Assembly (NCBI GenBank): GCA_039208735.1 | Contig: JBCCQY010000137.1 | Span: 1 to 25,360, forward strand | Direction of reading: 5' to 3' | Source of the DNA: Myxococcota bacterium | GTDB taxonomy: Bacteria; Myxococcota_A; UBA796; GCA-2862545 | DNA length: 25,360 nucleotides | Part shown: in pieces, positions 7,952-17,637 of the stretch | How positions within the stretch are numbered: the stretch's first letter is position 1 | Layout of the letters: each line of letters begins with the position of its first letter | Notes under the pieces: model-generated | Seen by the model: the letters and a program-made list of their open reading frames with translations, nothing else | Told to the model about the DNA's origin: nothing | The model's database searches: none | Position numbers and translations under genes: made by a program

Positions 7952-8280
7952 AGATCGTCCCGTTCGACATGGGCTTTGAACGCATCAAGCTGCTCGCCCC
8001 ACAGGGATGCGACATGATTGAGCCATGCCGACAGCTCCAGAAAGCAACCTGGTTCGAGCTGGTAAATGCGTGCCCGGGCGTCGGCCGCTTCACCCGTCAC
8101 CGAAACAAGGCCCCGTTGTCGCAGGACGCGCAAGTGCCGACTCATCGCAGGACGGCTCATCTGCAAGTCGGTCGCAAGTTCACTGGCTCGACGAGGGCCC
8201 GCTCGTAGTACGTCAACGACCCGCCGACGAGAAGGGTCCGCGAGCGCGGAAAGCGTTTCATCGAGGCCTTGGACCCCCAT
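7948..8280 (-). CDS. ArsR/SmtB-family transcriptional regulator
   Basis: LDETLSALADPSRRRVVDVLRAGP..ASELA..MSRPAMSRHLRVLRQRGLV; ATG 8280 lies 2 nt after the VOC stop. Confidence 0.9.
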   Translation of the reverse strand: MGVQGLDETLSALADPSRRRVVDVLRAGPRRASELATDLQMSRPAMSRHLRVLRQRGLVSVTGEAADARARIYQLEPGCFLELSAWLNHVASLWGEQLDAFKAHVERDDL

Positions 8281-8282
8281 CT

Positions 8283-8738
8283 TCAGTAATCCGAAGGGTA
8301 AGTATCGAGCAGCGAGCCCAGGTCCACGTTTCGGACCTGCTGGGCGAAAATCCAACGGTGGCCCTCGGGATCTACGGCGCGGTAGTGACGTGCGCCGTGA
8401 GGTTGGTCTTCAGGCTCAGTGGCCACTGTCGCCCCCGCCTTCAATGCTTGTTCGTAGTGCGCGTCTACGTCGTCGACGTACACCAACACCTGCCCGTGAA
8501 CGGCAGGAAGGGCATTTGGTGCGGCCAAGCCCATCTCCTCGTAGGCGCTGGCCAGCAACAGGGCATGCCCCCCCAGTTCGAGTTCCGCGTGGCCAATTCG
8601 ACCGTCCGGCATGGGCATCACAAAGCGGCGCTGAAACCCAAACGCACGCTCAAGAAAGTCGATAGCGGCAGGGGCATCTGCATAGCTTAGGTAGGGGATG
8701 ACGCGTTGGTAGCCTTCGGGCGGGTTGGGCACAGACAT
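8283..8738 (-). CDS. VOC (glyoxalase/bleomycin-resistance, PhnB-like) protein
   Basis: Motifs VIPYLSYADAPAAIDFLERAFG, GRIGHAEL, VYVDDVDAHY and DPEGHRWIF; GGAG ribosome-binding site. Confidence 0.9.
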   Translation of the reverse strand: MSVPNPPEGYQRVIPYLSYADAPAAIDFLERAFGFQRRFVMPMPDGRIGHAELELGGHALLLASAYEEMGLAAPNALPAVHGQVLVYVDDVDAHYEQALKAGATVATEPEDQPHGARHYRAVDPEGHRWIFAQQVRNVDLGSLLDTYPSDY

Positions 8739-8764
8739 TTGTCGCTCCAGTGCATCGGCATCAT

Positions 8765-8786
8765 TGATTAACGATCTAGTTAATCA
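8765..8786. promoter_or_regulatory. Palindromic operator, probably for the ArsR regulator
   Basis: TGATTAAC-gatcta-GTTAATCA, a perfect 8-bp inverted repeat in an AT-rich island 26 bp upstream of the operon start. Confidence 0.75.
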
Positions 8787-8810
8787 TTAACCCACTCATT
8801 GCCAAATGAA

Positions 8811-9620
8811 TCACCGCTGGCCTTCGGCGCCATGCGCCCGGCAGGCTACGATGTGGGCTGTTTCGCGATCCAATCGAGCCTGCAGGGCCTCTCGCGATCC
8901 GTCGTCGGCCTTAGCGATCTGTGCTTCGAGCCTGGTCACATTTTCGAGCCGATAGGCCTCGAACTGTTCGTGCAAAGGCTCTTCTGGACTGTAGGGGAGC
9001 TGGTCTCGATGGACCCAGGTCGTGTCCCAGCGCGACAGTGAGGCGGGAACCAGCGAGATGACCAGGGTGGTGCGGGAGCGTTCCGCGGCCTCGGCTTGAT
9101 GACGAACGTGGCTCCCCTGCATCACAATCGCCTGTCCTGGCTCAAGCATGAACCTCGGGCCCCCCTCGACCCGAAGGGCACCTCCATCGCCGGGACTTCG
9201 GCGCAGCATAACGACGATGACGAACGGCACGTAGTCGGTGTGCCATCCATCCACGACAGGACGTCCCGGAACCTGAAGGTTCACGTGGGCATGTTCAAGG
9301 CGCATGGGATGTACCTTCAACGGCTCACCAACCACCGACGTGACCAACGACGACGTCGCCTCCGACCCAAAGGCCGCCTGCAGCGAAGGGACCCCTCGGA
9401 GGCTTGCCGATCGCGCGCTCACGAAGCACCGACTGCGATGGGCCTCAATGATGGCCAACACTTCATCGCAGGCAGCGTTCGACAGGGCCGGAAACGGCTC
9501 CGAGCAGGCGAAATCGATTTCGGGCGTTTCGCCGCGCGGATTGGTGCGGGTTGCCCAATCCTCATCGAGTTCCGACAGCCGATAACGACGGGGTTGCTCG
9601 ATTCGTGGCCGCCACTCCAT
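8811..9620 (-). CDS. Putative 2-oxoglutarate/Fe(II) dioxygenase-fold protein
   Basis: WHTD (HxD), then GGAL, QGSHVRH (distal His) and RTTLVISL (Arg); GGAGG ribosome-binding site just after the M28 stop. Confidence 0.7.
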   Translation of the reverse strand: MEWRPRIEQPRRYRLSELDEDWATRTNPRGETPEIDFACSEPFPALSNAACDEVLAIIEAHRSRCFVSARSASLRGVPSLQAAFGSEATSSLVTSVVGEPLKVHPMRLEHAHVNLQVPGRPVVDGWHTDYVPFVIVVMLRRSPGDGGALRVEGGPRFMLEPGQAIVMQGSHVRHQAEAAERSRTTLVISLVPASLSRWDTTWVHRDQLPYSPEEPLHEQFEAYRLENVTRLEAQIAKADDGSREALQARLDRETAHIVACRAHGAEGQR

Positions 9621-9633
9621 CCAACCTCCAAAC

Positions 9634-10800
9634 TCAGAACAAACTACAGGTGAACAACGACGCTTGTGGTCCCGACCAGCACATCAGGCGCTGAGCGGCG
9701 GCTCGAACGTCTCTCGGCGAAGCTTGACCATCTTGGATGCTCCGCAACGCTGCCTCAATCGATGTTCGAGCGGTCGGGGACCATCGATCCCGTTGGGGAG
9801 CAGACAGTGCAGCCCCGAGCAGCGCCGCGACAGAGCGTCGGTTCAACTCGTAGTTTTCTCGAAACCCCCACTGAATCCGGGAGCCGGAAGCCAAGGCGCG
9901 AATCACCTGATGAAGCCACCGTTGCTCCTTGGCCAACTTGTCGTAGTCGAGGGCCTCGGCCGTGTCGGCTGCGGTGTGGTACCGCTTGTTCTGCCCGTCC
10001 GTCATGAACAAGACCGGGATGTTGTGGTCGCGAAAGACCTCGTAGTCAGACCACACTGCGCGACGCCCAATCACCAGGTCTTCCACCACCGACAGGCCAG
10101 CTGGCAACACAGGCAATCCAGGCTCCCGAGCCGACGCCACCGCCGCTCGAATCTGCGGTGAGGTCTCTCCGCCAAGCGCAAAGGTCCCCGGGTAGCCATC
10201 CCAAAGGCCAGCTCCCAGGAGGTCGAGCACAATGACAGCCCCTACCTGCGTCAAAGGCACGGTCGGGTGCGCATGCCAGAACCGGGAGCCCATCGCCTCG
10301 GTCAGAAACGTTGGAGGTTCCTCGGCATCCCAAAAGGCAATGACGACATCGCGGTCCGCAGGGCGCTGCGCGAGGGCACACGCGAGCCGAAGGAGCACGG
10401 CGACCGCGGCCGCATTGTCCTGGGCTCCGGGATGCACCTGCCAGCCTGGATCTTGGTGGTCGTAGTGAGCGCTCACCACGATGGCCTGTGTTCCTTTGGA
10501 AGTCCCCGGAATCCGACCCAGCACATTTATTCCAACCCCTTGGTCGATGGGTTGAACGTAGCCATTGGAACCAGCAGGTTGAACGCCACAGACTCGAAAC
10601 TGCTCGACCAAGAAGGCCCGAACGACCGCCGAACCCTCGGACCCTTCGTCACGCCCATCCAGTGCCGGGTCTGCCAGCTGCTGAGTCAGCTCACGCAACG
10701 ATTCCGGCGATGCCATTTGGGAGGGTGACACCACCTGGCGGGCTGCCGGAGAGCCCGTCGTACAAGCCAACCCCAACAGACCCAACCACCAAGCCAACAT
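9634..10800 (-). CDS. M28-family metallopeptidase, probable lipoprotein
   Basis: Motifs SAHYDH, GAQDNAAAVA, WDAEE, LDLLG, SDY and YHTAADT; N-terminal hydrophobic stretch ending LGLAC. Confidence 0.9.
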   Translation of the reverse strand: MLAWWLGLLGLACTTGSPAARQVVSPSQMASPESLRELTQQLADPALDGRDEGSEGSAVVRAFLVEQFRVCGVQPAGSNGYVQPIDQGVGINVLGRIPGTSKGTQAIVVSAHYDHQDPGWQVHPGAQDNAAAVAVLLRLACALAQRPADRDVVIAFWDAEEPPTFLTEAMGSRFWHAHPTVPLTQVGAVIVLDLLGAGLWDGYPGTFALGGETSPQIRAAVASAREPGLPVLPAGLSVVEDLVIGRRAVWSDYEVFRDHNIPVLFMTDGQNKRYHTAADTAEALDYDKLAKEQRWLHQVIRALASGSRIQWGFRENYELNRRSVAALLGAALSAPQRDRWSPTARTSIEAALRSIQDGQASPRDVRAAAQRLMCWSGPQASLFTCSLF

Positions 10801-10912
10801 TCACCTCCATGAACGCTGACGCCTCGCCAACCGAGCGGTTCCCATCGATGGGGCTATATCGAGGTGTGGCCCGCGCCGACGAGGGGTTGACTCCTCTCTC
10901 GGTGGACTGTCC

Positions 10913-13900
10913 ATGCTCCGTCTCCATCTCCCCGCCCTCGCCACATGCTTGGGGCTCTGGCTGGCCGCGTTCCCCGCTCATGCAGCGTGTGGTGATGGCA
11001 TCGTCGATGTGGGAGAGACCTGCGATGATGCGAACGTGCTCAACCGCGATGGATGCAGCGCGAGTTGCCAAACCGAAGCGGGCTTTCGCTGTAGTGATGA
11101 AGGGTTTACCCTGGACTTCACCGAAGCGTTGACCACGGGGGGAGGCCCCGCCCCCCAATGGACCGTCTCGAAAGATGGACGGAGGGTGGCTCAACGTTCC
11201 AACTCCACCCCTACGGTCTACCTTTCCACCCTGCCCGCTTCGGGGCTGTCCATCACGATGGAAATCGAAGTCAGCACCACGAGAGACGATGACTTCATCG
11301 GATTTGTGATCGGCTATGCACCTGGTGAGAACGCAGACCAAGACGCAGAATGGTTGGTGTTCGACTGGAAACAGCGGACGCAGACCCATCTGGCCCGTAC
11401 CGCACGCCGAGGCACCTCGCTCAGCCGTGTCGTAGGCCCTATCCGGGACACGATCTATCGAAATCGAACGACGGACGGCTTTGCCGACCTATGGTCGCAC
11501 GAAAACGAAGTGTCCGAGATCGTTCGGGGTAGCGTGTTTGGCGACACAGGCTGGCTCGACAACACGGTGCACACCCTACAGGTCACCTACTCAACGTCTC
11601 AAATCGATATCTTCATCGATGGGGTTCTCGACATCTCGGAGACCGGGAGTTTTCCGTCGGGGAACTTCGGTTTCTACACGTTCTCACAGCCCGAAGGTTC
11701 CTTTACCCTGACGTCGCCTCTTGCGGGAACGTCACTGTGTGGGGAGCTCGACTCCGATCAGGACGGGCTCACCGACCCCGTCGAACTCGCTGCGGGCACC
11801 GATGTGTCGAGTGCCGACTCCGATGGAGACGGAATCGACGATTCGACCGAGTACGGGCTCTCCAGCGGCCCGGGCATCGACACGGATGGCGACGGACTCC
11901 TCGATGCGCTGGATGAGGATGACGACAACGATGGCCTCACGACCGCCGATGAAATCACGCTGGGTACGAACCCTCTCGATGCAGATTCGGACGGCGACGG
12001 ACTGACCGACGCCTACGAGGTGGACGTGATCGGTTCGGACCCCTTGAACACGGACACCGACGGCGATGGATTGTCCGATGCCGAAGAGGACGCCGCAGGC
12101 ACGTCTGCAAGTCTGCCGGACAGCGACGCGGATGGCGTTGTCGACCGCTACGACGTTGATACCTACGGTGGATCCACCTTCGTTGTGACCACGATCGCCA
12201 ACCATGGCGCGGGGTCGCTGCGGCGAGCTATCGAAGATGCCAACGCGCTCGCAGGCTTCGACGCAATCACCTTCGCCATTCCGGGGGACGGGCCCCACGT
12301 CATCGAACTGACGACGGCATTGCCCACCATCGATAGCCCTACCCTCGTCGATGGACTGAGCCAGCCGGGATCGGCGTGCGGCGAACGCGGCGCCGGACAC
12401 CAGCTCGAGGTCGTGCTTTCCGGTCAGAGTCAAGCCGTGCAAGGCCATGGGTTGTACATCCGCACCGCCGAGGCCACGGGATCGATGATTCGCGGATTGG
12501 TCGTTGGAGGATTTAGTAGAAACGCGATCTTCGTTCGTGATGCCGCGCAAGTGAAGGTGCAATGTTCCTACTTGGGGGTTGCGGTCGATGGGATCACGAC
12601 GATGCCAAACGGCTGGCACGGCCTGTCCTCGCGCAGCGATGGCACGAGGGCCCATGGCACGGTCGTAGGAACCGACGGGGACGGGATCGGCGATGCTTTG
12701 GAGTGGAACCTCATCGCGGGCAATGGTCTGTCTGGTGTGCAACTCAACGACACACAGTCAGGGGATTGGGTCGAGGACGTGGTGGTGGCGGGCAACGTCT
12801 TTGGGGCGGATGCATCGGGAACCCAACCTGTGGCACAAGGCAGCCATCAGATTCTCCTCATTGGCCGCCACCGGAATGTCCAGATCGGCACCAATGGCGA
12901 TGGAATCTCGGACGATCTTGAGGGGAACCTGTTTGGCGCCCACGGGGGCTGGGCCCTGCACGTGTCCGACCAAGGCTCGCAGAACCTTGTGTTTGCGGGC
13001 AACCTTTTGGGCACCACCCTCGACGGGACGACCGCTCTCGAACCATCGCGCCGTAATGGCGTTTGGCTGGGCGGGGAGAACGACGACGTCCGCATTGGAG
13101 GCTCCGGAGCGCTCGACGGCAACGTGTTCATGAGCATGAATCGTGGAGTTCAGGCGCAGGGCCAGCACATCTACACAAAGGGGGAGACCCAGTTCACCCA
13201 TCCGCGGTCGTTCTACGGAGGCGCCGTCGCAGAGCGCCTGCTCGTGCAGGGAAATGTCTTTGGCGAAGGAGCGACCGGCACCATCGACCGGGTAAACGAG
13301 CCCCTCGACCTTGAATTGGTCGCCGACGCGCAGGTGCTCGACAACCGGTTCGTCGGGGACAGCCAGGGAGGTCAACCAGCGATCACAGTGGTGGGAGCCG
13401 AGGCGGAAATCCGTGGGAATACGTTCGTGAACCAGCCCCATGCAGCCATCCAGCTACATCCTCACACCGGAAACAACCGCATCGACGATGAACTCGTTGC
13501 CCCCGATGACGTGCTTGCCGTGACGGTGATCCAGGCCAACCACTTTGAATCTGTGTTGCAAGGTACGAGTAGCCACGTCGAAGGTGCCATCGAGGCGATG
13601 GACACGCCGGTCGACGCGCTACACAACGACCGTGGCGGATGGTTGGTGCGCCAGAACACTTGGGGGAACCTCAACCAAGGGGTGGCGGTGCGGCAGCGTT
13701 GGCGAGGAACCGTCGAGTTTGTCCGCGACGGTGCATCCACCACCCCGGTGGGCCCAGTACAAACGCGCCAAGTCACCTCGTCCCGGGTCAGCGACACGAT
13801 CACGTACACCGCGGCGACCACCTTCGGTGCAGAGGCGGGAAGCGCCACCTTGCTCGCCGTAGATACAGACTCACTCGAAGAGCGGTCGGGCTGGGGCGCT

Positions 13901-16900
13901 CAACCTGAATTCCATCGGTTGAGCGATGGCACCATCGACACGGTGCTCATCGAGTCGCGGTGTGGCACCCGCTACTCCTACGATGCCGATTCCACCACCC
14001 ACCCCACCGACACCGGGGTGGGCTTTCCCGAAGGCATTGCAACCCCGCTCACGCACCCCCATTTCACCCGCTCGCTTCCTGGATCGGTGACACGGTACCA
14101 AGTGTTCGAGTTCGGCGAAGCCTGCGAAACGTGCGGCAACGGTTACCTCGATGCGGATGAAGCCTGCGATGATGGAAATGGCGTAGGCGGCGATGGCTGC
14201 AGCCCATCCTGCGAGATCGAGGAAGGCTACATTTGTCCGGTGGTTGGGGTCCCATCGACGGGAGTTGAGGACGTCACGGGCAACGCCCTGGCTCACGGCA
14301 GCGTTGATCCCCGCTGGGACGCCTCGTTCGACGGTGCCAGCTACACGCAAGCCAGCGTCCTTGACCTCGACGATTGCGGTCCCCAGGTGTGGACGCGGCC
14401 GGCCTTGGGCGTCCCGAGCCAGTGGCTTTTGGTGCCGGGAAGCGATGCGTGTGACACGCAACAGTCGCCCGGCTACCCGCGATGGCGCACCACGGTCGAC
14501 ATCACCCCTGCCCAGCGGTCCACGAGCACCTTCAAAATCCGCCTCGCCGCCGACAATCGCGTGAGGTTCGTTCAGGTCAATGGGGCACGCTACACACCGG
14601 CCTTCAACGTCGGATGGACGCTCGACACCCTCGAATTCCCGACATCTGCTCTCGAGGTCGGGTCCAACGTGATCGAAGTGGTCGCGCGAAACAGCGGTTC
14701 GGGACCCAATCCGACCGCGTTGATGGTCAGTCAATCCCCCGGAACGTGCGTGCGCGACACCGACGGAGACGGGATTGGGAATCCTGGAGACCCGGATGCC
14801 GACAACGACGGCATCGCCAATGTCGACGAAGGAACCCTCGATCCCGACGGGGATGGAATTCCCTCGGGACTGGACCTCGATTCGGACGGTGACGGCGTCT
14901 TCGACATCGAAGAAACCGGGTTGACCGACGCAGATGGCGATGGGCGGGTCGATGGGCCCGACACGGACGGCGACGGTGTCCGAGATGCCGTTGACGCCGA
15001 TCCGTCCGACCCCAACGTCACCGATCTGACAACCTCGACCGAAGTGTGCGGCAATGGCGTGGTGGGCTTCGGCGAGACCTGTGACGACACCAACGCGCAA
15101 GACGGCGATGGATGTAGCGCCACCTGTCAGGTTGAAGAAGGCTACGTGTGCGCGCTTGTGGACCTGCCCAAAACCGGCGTCGACGCATCGACGGGCCGCG
15201 CGGTGGCTCACGGTTCGTTGGACCCCCATTGGGACGTCTCCCTTGACGGGGGACCATTCGAAGCGGCAGGTGTGGTGGACGTCGATGTCTGCGGGCCCAC
15301 CACCTGGGTCAGGCCGGTGATCGGCCTGCCAAGCCGCTGGGTGGTAAAACCCGAGGCCGATCCTTGTGATCTGACCCAGACCGGCCCGGCCACACTGACG
15401 TTCCGAGCTGCCTTCAATGCCGCAGCGGTCGACCGCTCGGCCGGCGTGCTCACGTTCCGCCTGGCGACCGACAACATCCTGACCGCCGTCCGCGTCAACG
15501 GTGAAGCCTACACCGCCATTCCCAATCAAGGCCAGTTCTCGCGATTTTGGCGCGTGACGTTGCCCGGTGATGCACTGCTCGTCGGCAACAACGAGGTCGA
15601 ATTGGATGTGCTGAATCGAGCGCCCAGTCCGGTGGGCCTGCAGATCACCCAGTCCGCTACGACGTGCGTACTCGATACCGATGGCGATGGGATTGGCGAT
15701 CCTGGCGACCCCGATGCCGACAACGACGGCATCGCAAACACCGCCGAGGGAGGGTTCGACCCCGATGGCGATGGCATCCCCTCTTGGCTCGACACAGACC
15801 AAGACGGCGACGGCCTGTCCGATGTGGCCGAGGCCGGGTTGACCGATCTCGACGGGGATGGCCAAGTCGACGGGGACGACACCGATGGCGACGGAGTGCG
15901 AGATGGGGTGGATGCCGCCTCGACCGACCCCAACCAGCGGGGCGTCACGACACAGGCCGATACCTGCGGCAATCAGCGAATCAGCCAGGGTGAGAGCTGT
16001 GATGACGGCAATGCACTCGGGGGAGATGGCTGCAGCACAACCTGCCAAATCGAGGATGGCTACGTCTGCCCCGTGGTCGCAGTACCGCCCACTGGCGTCG
16101 ATGCGGTTTCGAACCAAGCCCTCGCCCACGGGGTCACCGACCCGAGGTGGCAGCTTGCTCTCGATGGGGTCGCATCTGACGCCACCACGGTGGTCGACAT
16201 CGATTGGTGCGGACCTGAGACTTGGGCCGCAGCGGCCCTCGGCATTCCTAGCCGCTGGCTCATCCCCACCCTCCCAGCGGTCGACAATCCGTGGGCCCCC
16301 CAAGACTTCCTTCGGACGACCTGTCCCTCCGCCTTGGGTCTCGACCAGCGGCTCAGCTACCTGGTGTCCTTTGACGTGGCGCCGCGCGACCTCGGAGCAG
16401 GGGTCCTTCGGCTGCGGCTTGCTGTCGACAATGAAGTCGTATCGGTCCGGGTCAACGACACCGAGTACACCGAGTTTCCAGACCCCTCTGGCTTAGGGAG
16501 TCTATGGGAACTCGAACTCCCCAACGAGGCGCTGGTAAGCGGCACCAATGAGCTTGAACTCAGTGTCGCGAGCGGAGAAGGCCCAGCGGGGCTTCAGGTC
16601 TCGGCCTCGCTGCCTCAGTGCGTGATGGACACCGACGGCGATGGCATCGGTGATCCAGGTGATCCCGATGCCGACAACGACGGCATCGCCAATGACGACG
16701 AAGGGGTCTCCGATCTAGATGGCGACGGGCTCCCCGCTTGGCAAGACTCGGACTCCAACGGCGATGGGATCAACGACGTCCGCGACATGGGGCTTCCCGA
16801 CACCGACGGAGATGGCCAGGTCGATGGGCCGGACACCGATGGTGATGGCGTGCGCGACGCGGTCGACGGCAATCCAACCGATCCGGACGACCGACAGGTG

Positions 16901-17575
16901 ACCACCGATCCGGAGGTGTCGGGAGCCGACCGTGATGGTGACGGGCTCACAGATGCGCTTGAAGCCGAGGTGGGTACGGATCCCGACTTCGCCGATACCG
17001 ATGCCGACTTGCTGACCGACGGGGAAGAGGTCCTGACGTTCGGTACCGACCCCCTGGACGCCGACACCGACACCGACAACCTGATCGACGGATTGGAAGT
17101 CTTGGGCTTTGACACGGTGTTGAACACCGGCGATGAGACCGCAGCCCTCGACCTCGATCCCGATGACGACGGCCTCGACGACCGGCAAGAGCTGTTTGGA
17201 CTGGACGGCCTGCTGTTCAGCGGCGACGAGACGGATCCAAACGAAGCGGACACCGACCAAGACGGCTTGATCGATGGCCTGGAAGCCGGCATGACCAATG
17301 GACTGGCGGATGGCGTCAGTGTGAGTGGCATCCCTTACGGTGGAACCGACCCGGCGGTTTCGCTGGACTCCGACGCCACTACGACGACGGATCCGAACAA
17401 CGACGACACCGATGGTGACGGCTTACTCGACGGTGAGGAAGATCTGGACCGCGACGGTGCGGTGAGCGTTGGAGAGACCGACCCGATCAACCCCGACTCG
17501 GACGGGGGTGGCGAAATCGACGGCGACGAGGTCACCCAAGGCAGGAACCCACTCGATCCAAGCGACGATCGTTGA
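10913..17575 (+). CDS. Giant secreted modular protein (2220 aa) with Myxococcus Cys-rich (DUF4215-like) repeats, a thrombospondin C-terminal-like domain, DxDGDG calcium repeats, a beta-helix region and three tandem modules
   Basis: Signal peptide ending AHA; four CG(D/N)..E.CDD.N...GDGCS..C-type repeats; [11 protein letters not shown]; many D.DGDG repeats; [11 protein letters not shown] followed by GN-rich beta-helix turns. Confidence 0.9.
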   Translation: MLRLHLPALATCLGLWLAAFPAHAACGDGIVDVGETCDDANVLNRDGCSASCQTEAGFRCSDEGFTLDFTEALTTGGGPAPQWTVSKDGRRVAQRSNSTPTVYLSTLPASGLSITMEIEVSTTRDDDFIGFVIGYAPGENADQDAEWLVFDWKQRTQTHLARTARRGTSLSRVVGPIRDTIYRNRTTDGFADLWSHENEVSEIVRGSVFGDTGWLDNTVHTLQVTYSTSQIDIFIDGVLDISETGSFPSGNFGFYTFSQPEGSFTLTSPLAGTSLCGELDSDQDGLTDPVELAAGTDVSSADSDGDGIDDSTEYGLSSGPGIDTDGDGLLDALDEDDDNDGLTTADEITLGTNPLDADSDGDGLTDAYEVDVIGSDPLNTDTDGDGLSDAEEDAAGTSASLPDSDADGVVDRYDVDTYGGSTFVVTTIANHGAGSLRRAIEDANALAGFDAITFAIPGDGPHVIELTTALPTIDSPTLVDGLSQPGSACGERGAGHQLEVVLSGQSQAVQGHGLYIRTAEATGSMIRGLVVGGFSRNAIFVRDAAQVKVQCSYLGVAVDGITTMPNGWHGLSSRSDGTRAHGTVVGTDGDGIGDALEWNLIAGNGLSGVQLNDTQSGDWVEDVVVAGNVFGADASGTQPVAQGSHQILLIGRHRNVQIGTNGDGISDDLEGNLFGAHGGWALHVSDQGSQNLVFAGNLLGTTLDGTTALEPSRRNGVWLGGENDDVRIGGSGALDGNVFMSMNRGVQAQGQHIYTKGETQFTHPRSFYGGAVAERLLVQGNVFGEGATGTIDRVNEPLDLELVADAQVLDNRFVGDSQGGQPAITVVGAEAEIRGNTFVNQPHAAIQLHPHTGNNRIDDELVAPDDVLAVTVIQANHFESVLQGTSSHVEGAIEAMDTPVDALHNDRGGWLVRQNTWGNLNQGVAVRQRWRGTVEFVRDGASTTPVGPVQTRQVTSSRVSDTITYTAATTFGAEAGSATLLAVDTDSLEERSGWGAQPEFHRLSDGTIDTVLIESRCGTRYSYDADSTTHPTDTGVGFPEGIATPLTHPHFTRSLPGSVTRYQVFEFGEACETCGNGYLDADEACDDGNGVGGDGCSPSCEIEEGYICPVVGVPSTGVEDVTGNALAHGSVDPRWDASFDGASYTQASVLDLDDCGPQVWTRPALGVPSQWLLVPGSDACDTQQSPGYPRWRTTVDITPAQRSTSTFKIRLAADNRVRFVQVNGARYTPAFNVGWTLDTLEFPTSALEVGSNVIEVVARNSGSGPNPTALMVSQSPGTCVRDTDGDGIGNPGDPDADNDGIANVDEGTLDPDGDGIPSGLDLDSDGDGVFDIEETGLTDADGDGRVDGPDTDGDGVRDAVDADPSDPNVTDLTTSTEVCGNGVVGFGETCDDTNAQDGDGCSATCQVEEGYVCALVDLPKTGVDASTGRAVAHGSLDPHWDVSLDGGPFEAAGVVDVDVCGPTTWVRPVIGLPSRWVVKPEADPCDLTQTGPATLTFRAAFNAAAVDRSAGVLTFRLATDNILTAVRVNGEAYTAIPNQGQFSRFWRVTLPGDALLVGNNEVELDVLNRAPSPVGLQITQSATTCVLDTDGDGIGDPGDPDADNDGIANTAEGGFDPDGDGIPSWLDTDQDGDGLSDVAEAGLTDLDGDGQVDGDDTDGDGVRDGVDAASTDPNQRGVTTQADTCGNQRISQGESCDDGNALGGDGCSTTCQIEDGYVCPVVAVPPTGVDAVSNQALAHGVTDPRWQLALDGVASDATTVVDIDWCGPETWAAAALGIPSRWLIPTLPAVDNPWAPQDFLRTTCPSALGLDQRLSYLVSFDVAPRDLGAGVLRLRLAVDNEVVSVRVNDTEYTEFPDPSGLGSLWELELPNEALVSGTNELELSVASGEGPAGLQVSASLPQCVMDTDGDGIGDPGDPDADNDGIANDDEGVSDLDGDGLPAWQDSDSNGDGINDVRDMGLPDTDGDGQVDGPDTDGDGVRDAVDGNPTDPDDRQVTTDPEVSGADRDGDGLTDALEAEVGTDPDFADTDADLLTDGEEVLTFGTDPLDADTDTDNLIDGLEVLGFDTVLNTGDETAALDLDPDDDGLDDRQELFGLDGLLFSGDETDPNEADTDQDGLIDGLEAGMTNGLADGVSVSGIPYGGTDPAVSLDSDATTTTDPNNDDTDGDGLLDGEEDLDRDGAVSVGETDPINPDSDGGGEIDGDEVTQGRNPLDPSDDR
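14132..16918 (+). repeat. Three tandem modules of about 305-318 aa within the giant protein
   Basis: Module starts (TGCGGCAA) at 14132, 15047 and 15965, spaced 915 and 918 nt; each shares AHG..DP.W, RLA.DN and [23 protein letters not shown]. Confidence 0.9.
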
Positions 17576-17637
17576 AACAGCTCCATCGCGTGTGCGTTCT
17601 GCGCGCGTAGTCCGTGCGCGCGGCTATGCTCGGCGCC

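Noticed and set aside
13871..16303. 810-aa minus-strand ORF
   Set aside because: Antisense shadow of the Asp/Gly-rich giant gene.
14132..16918. Diversity-generating retroelement template/variable repeat pair
   Set aside because: No reverse transcriptase in the window; the repeats are in-frame protein modules that differ at all base types.
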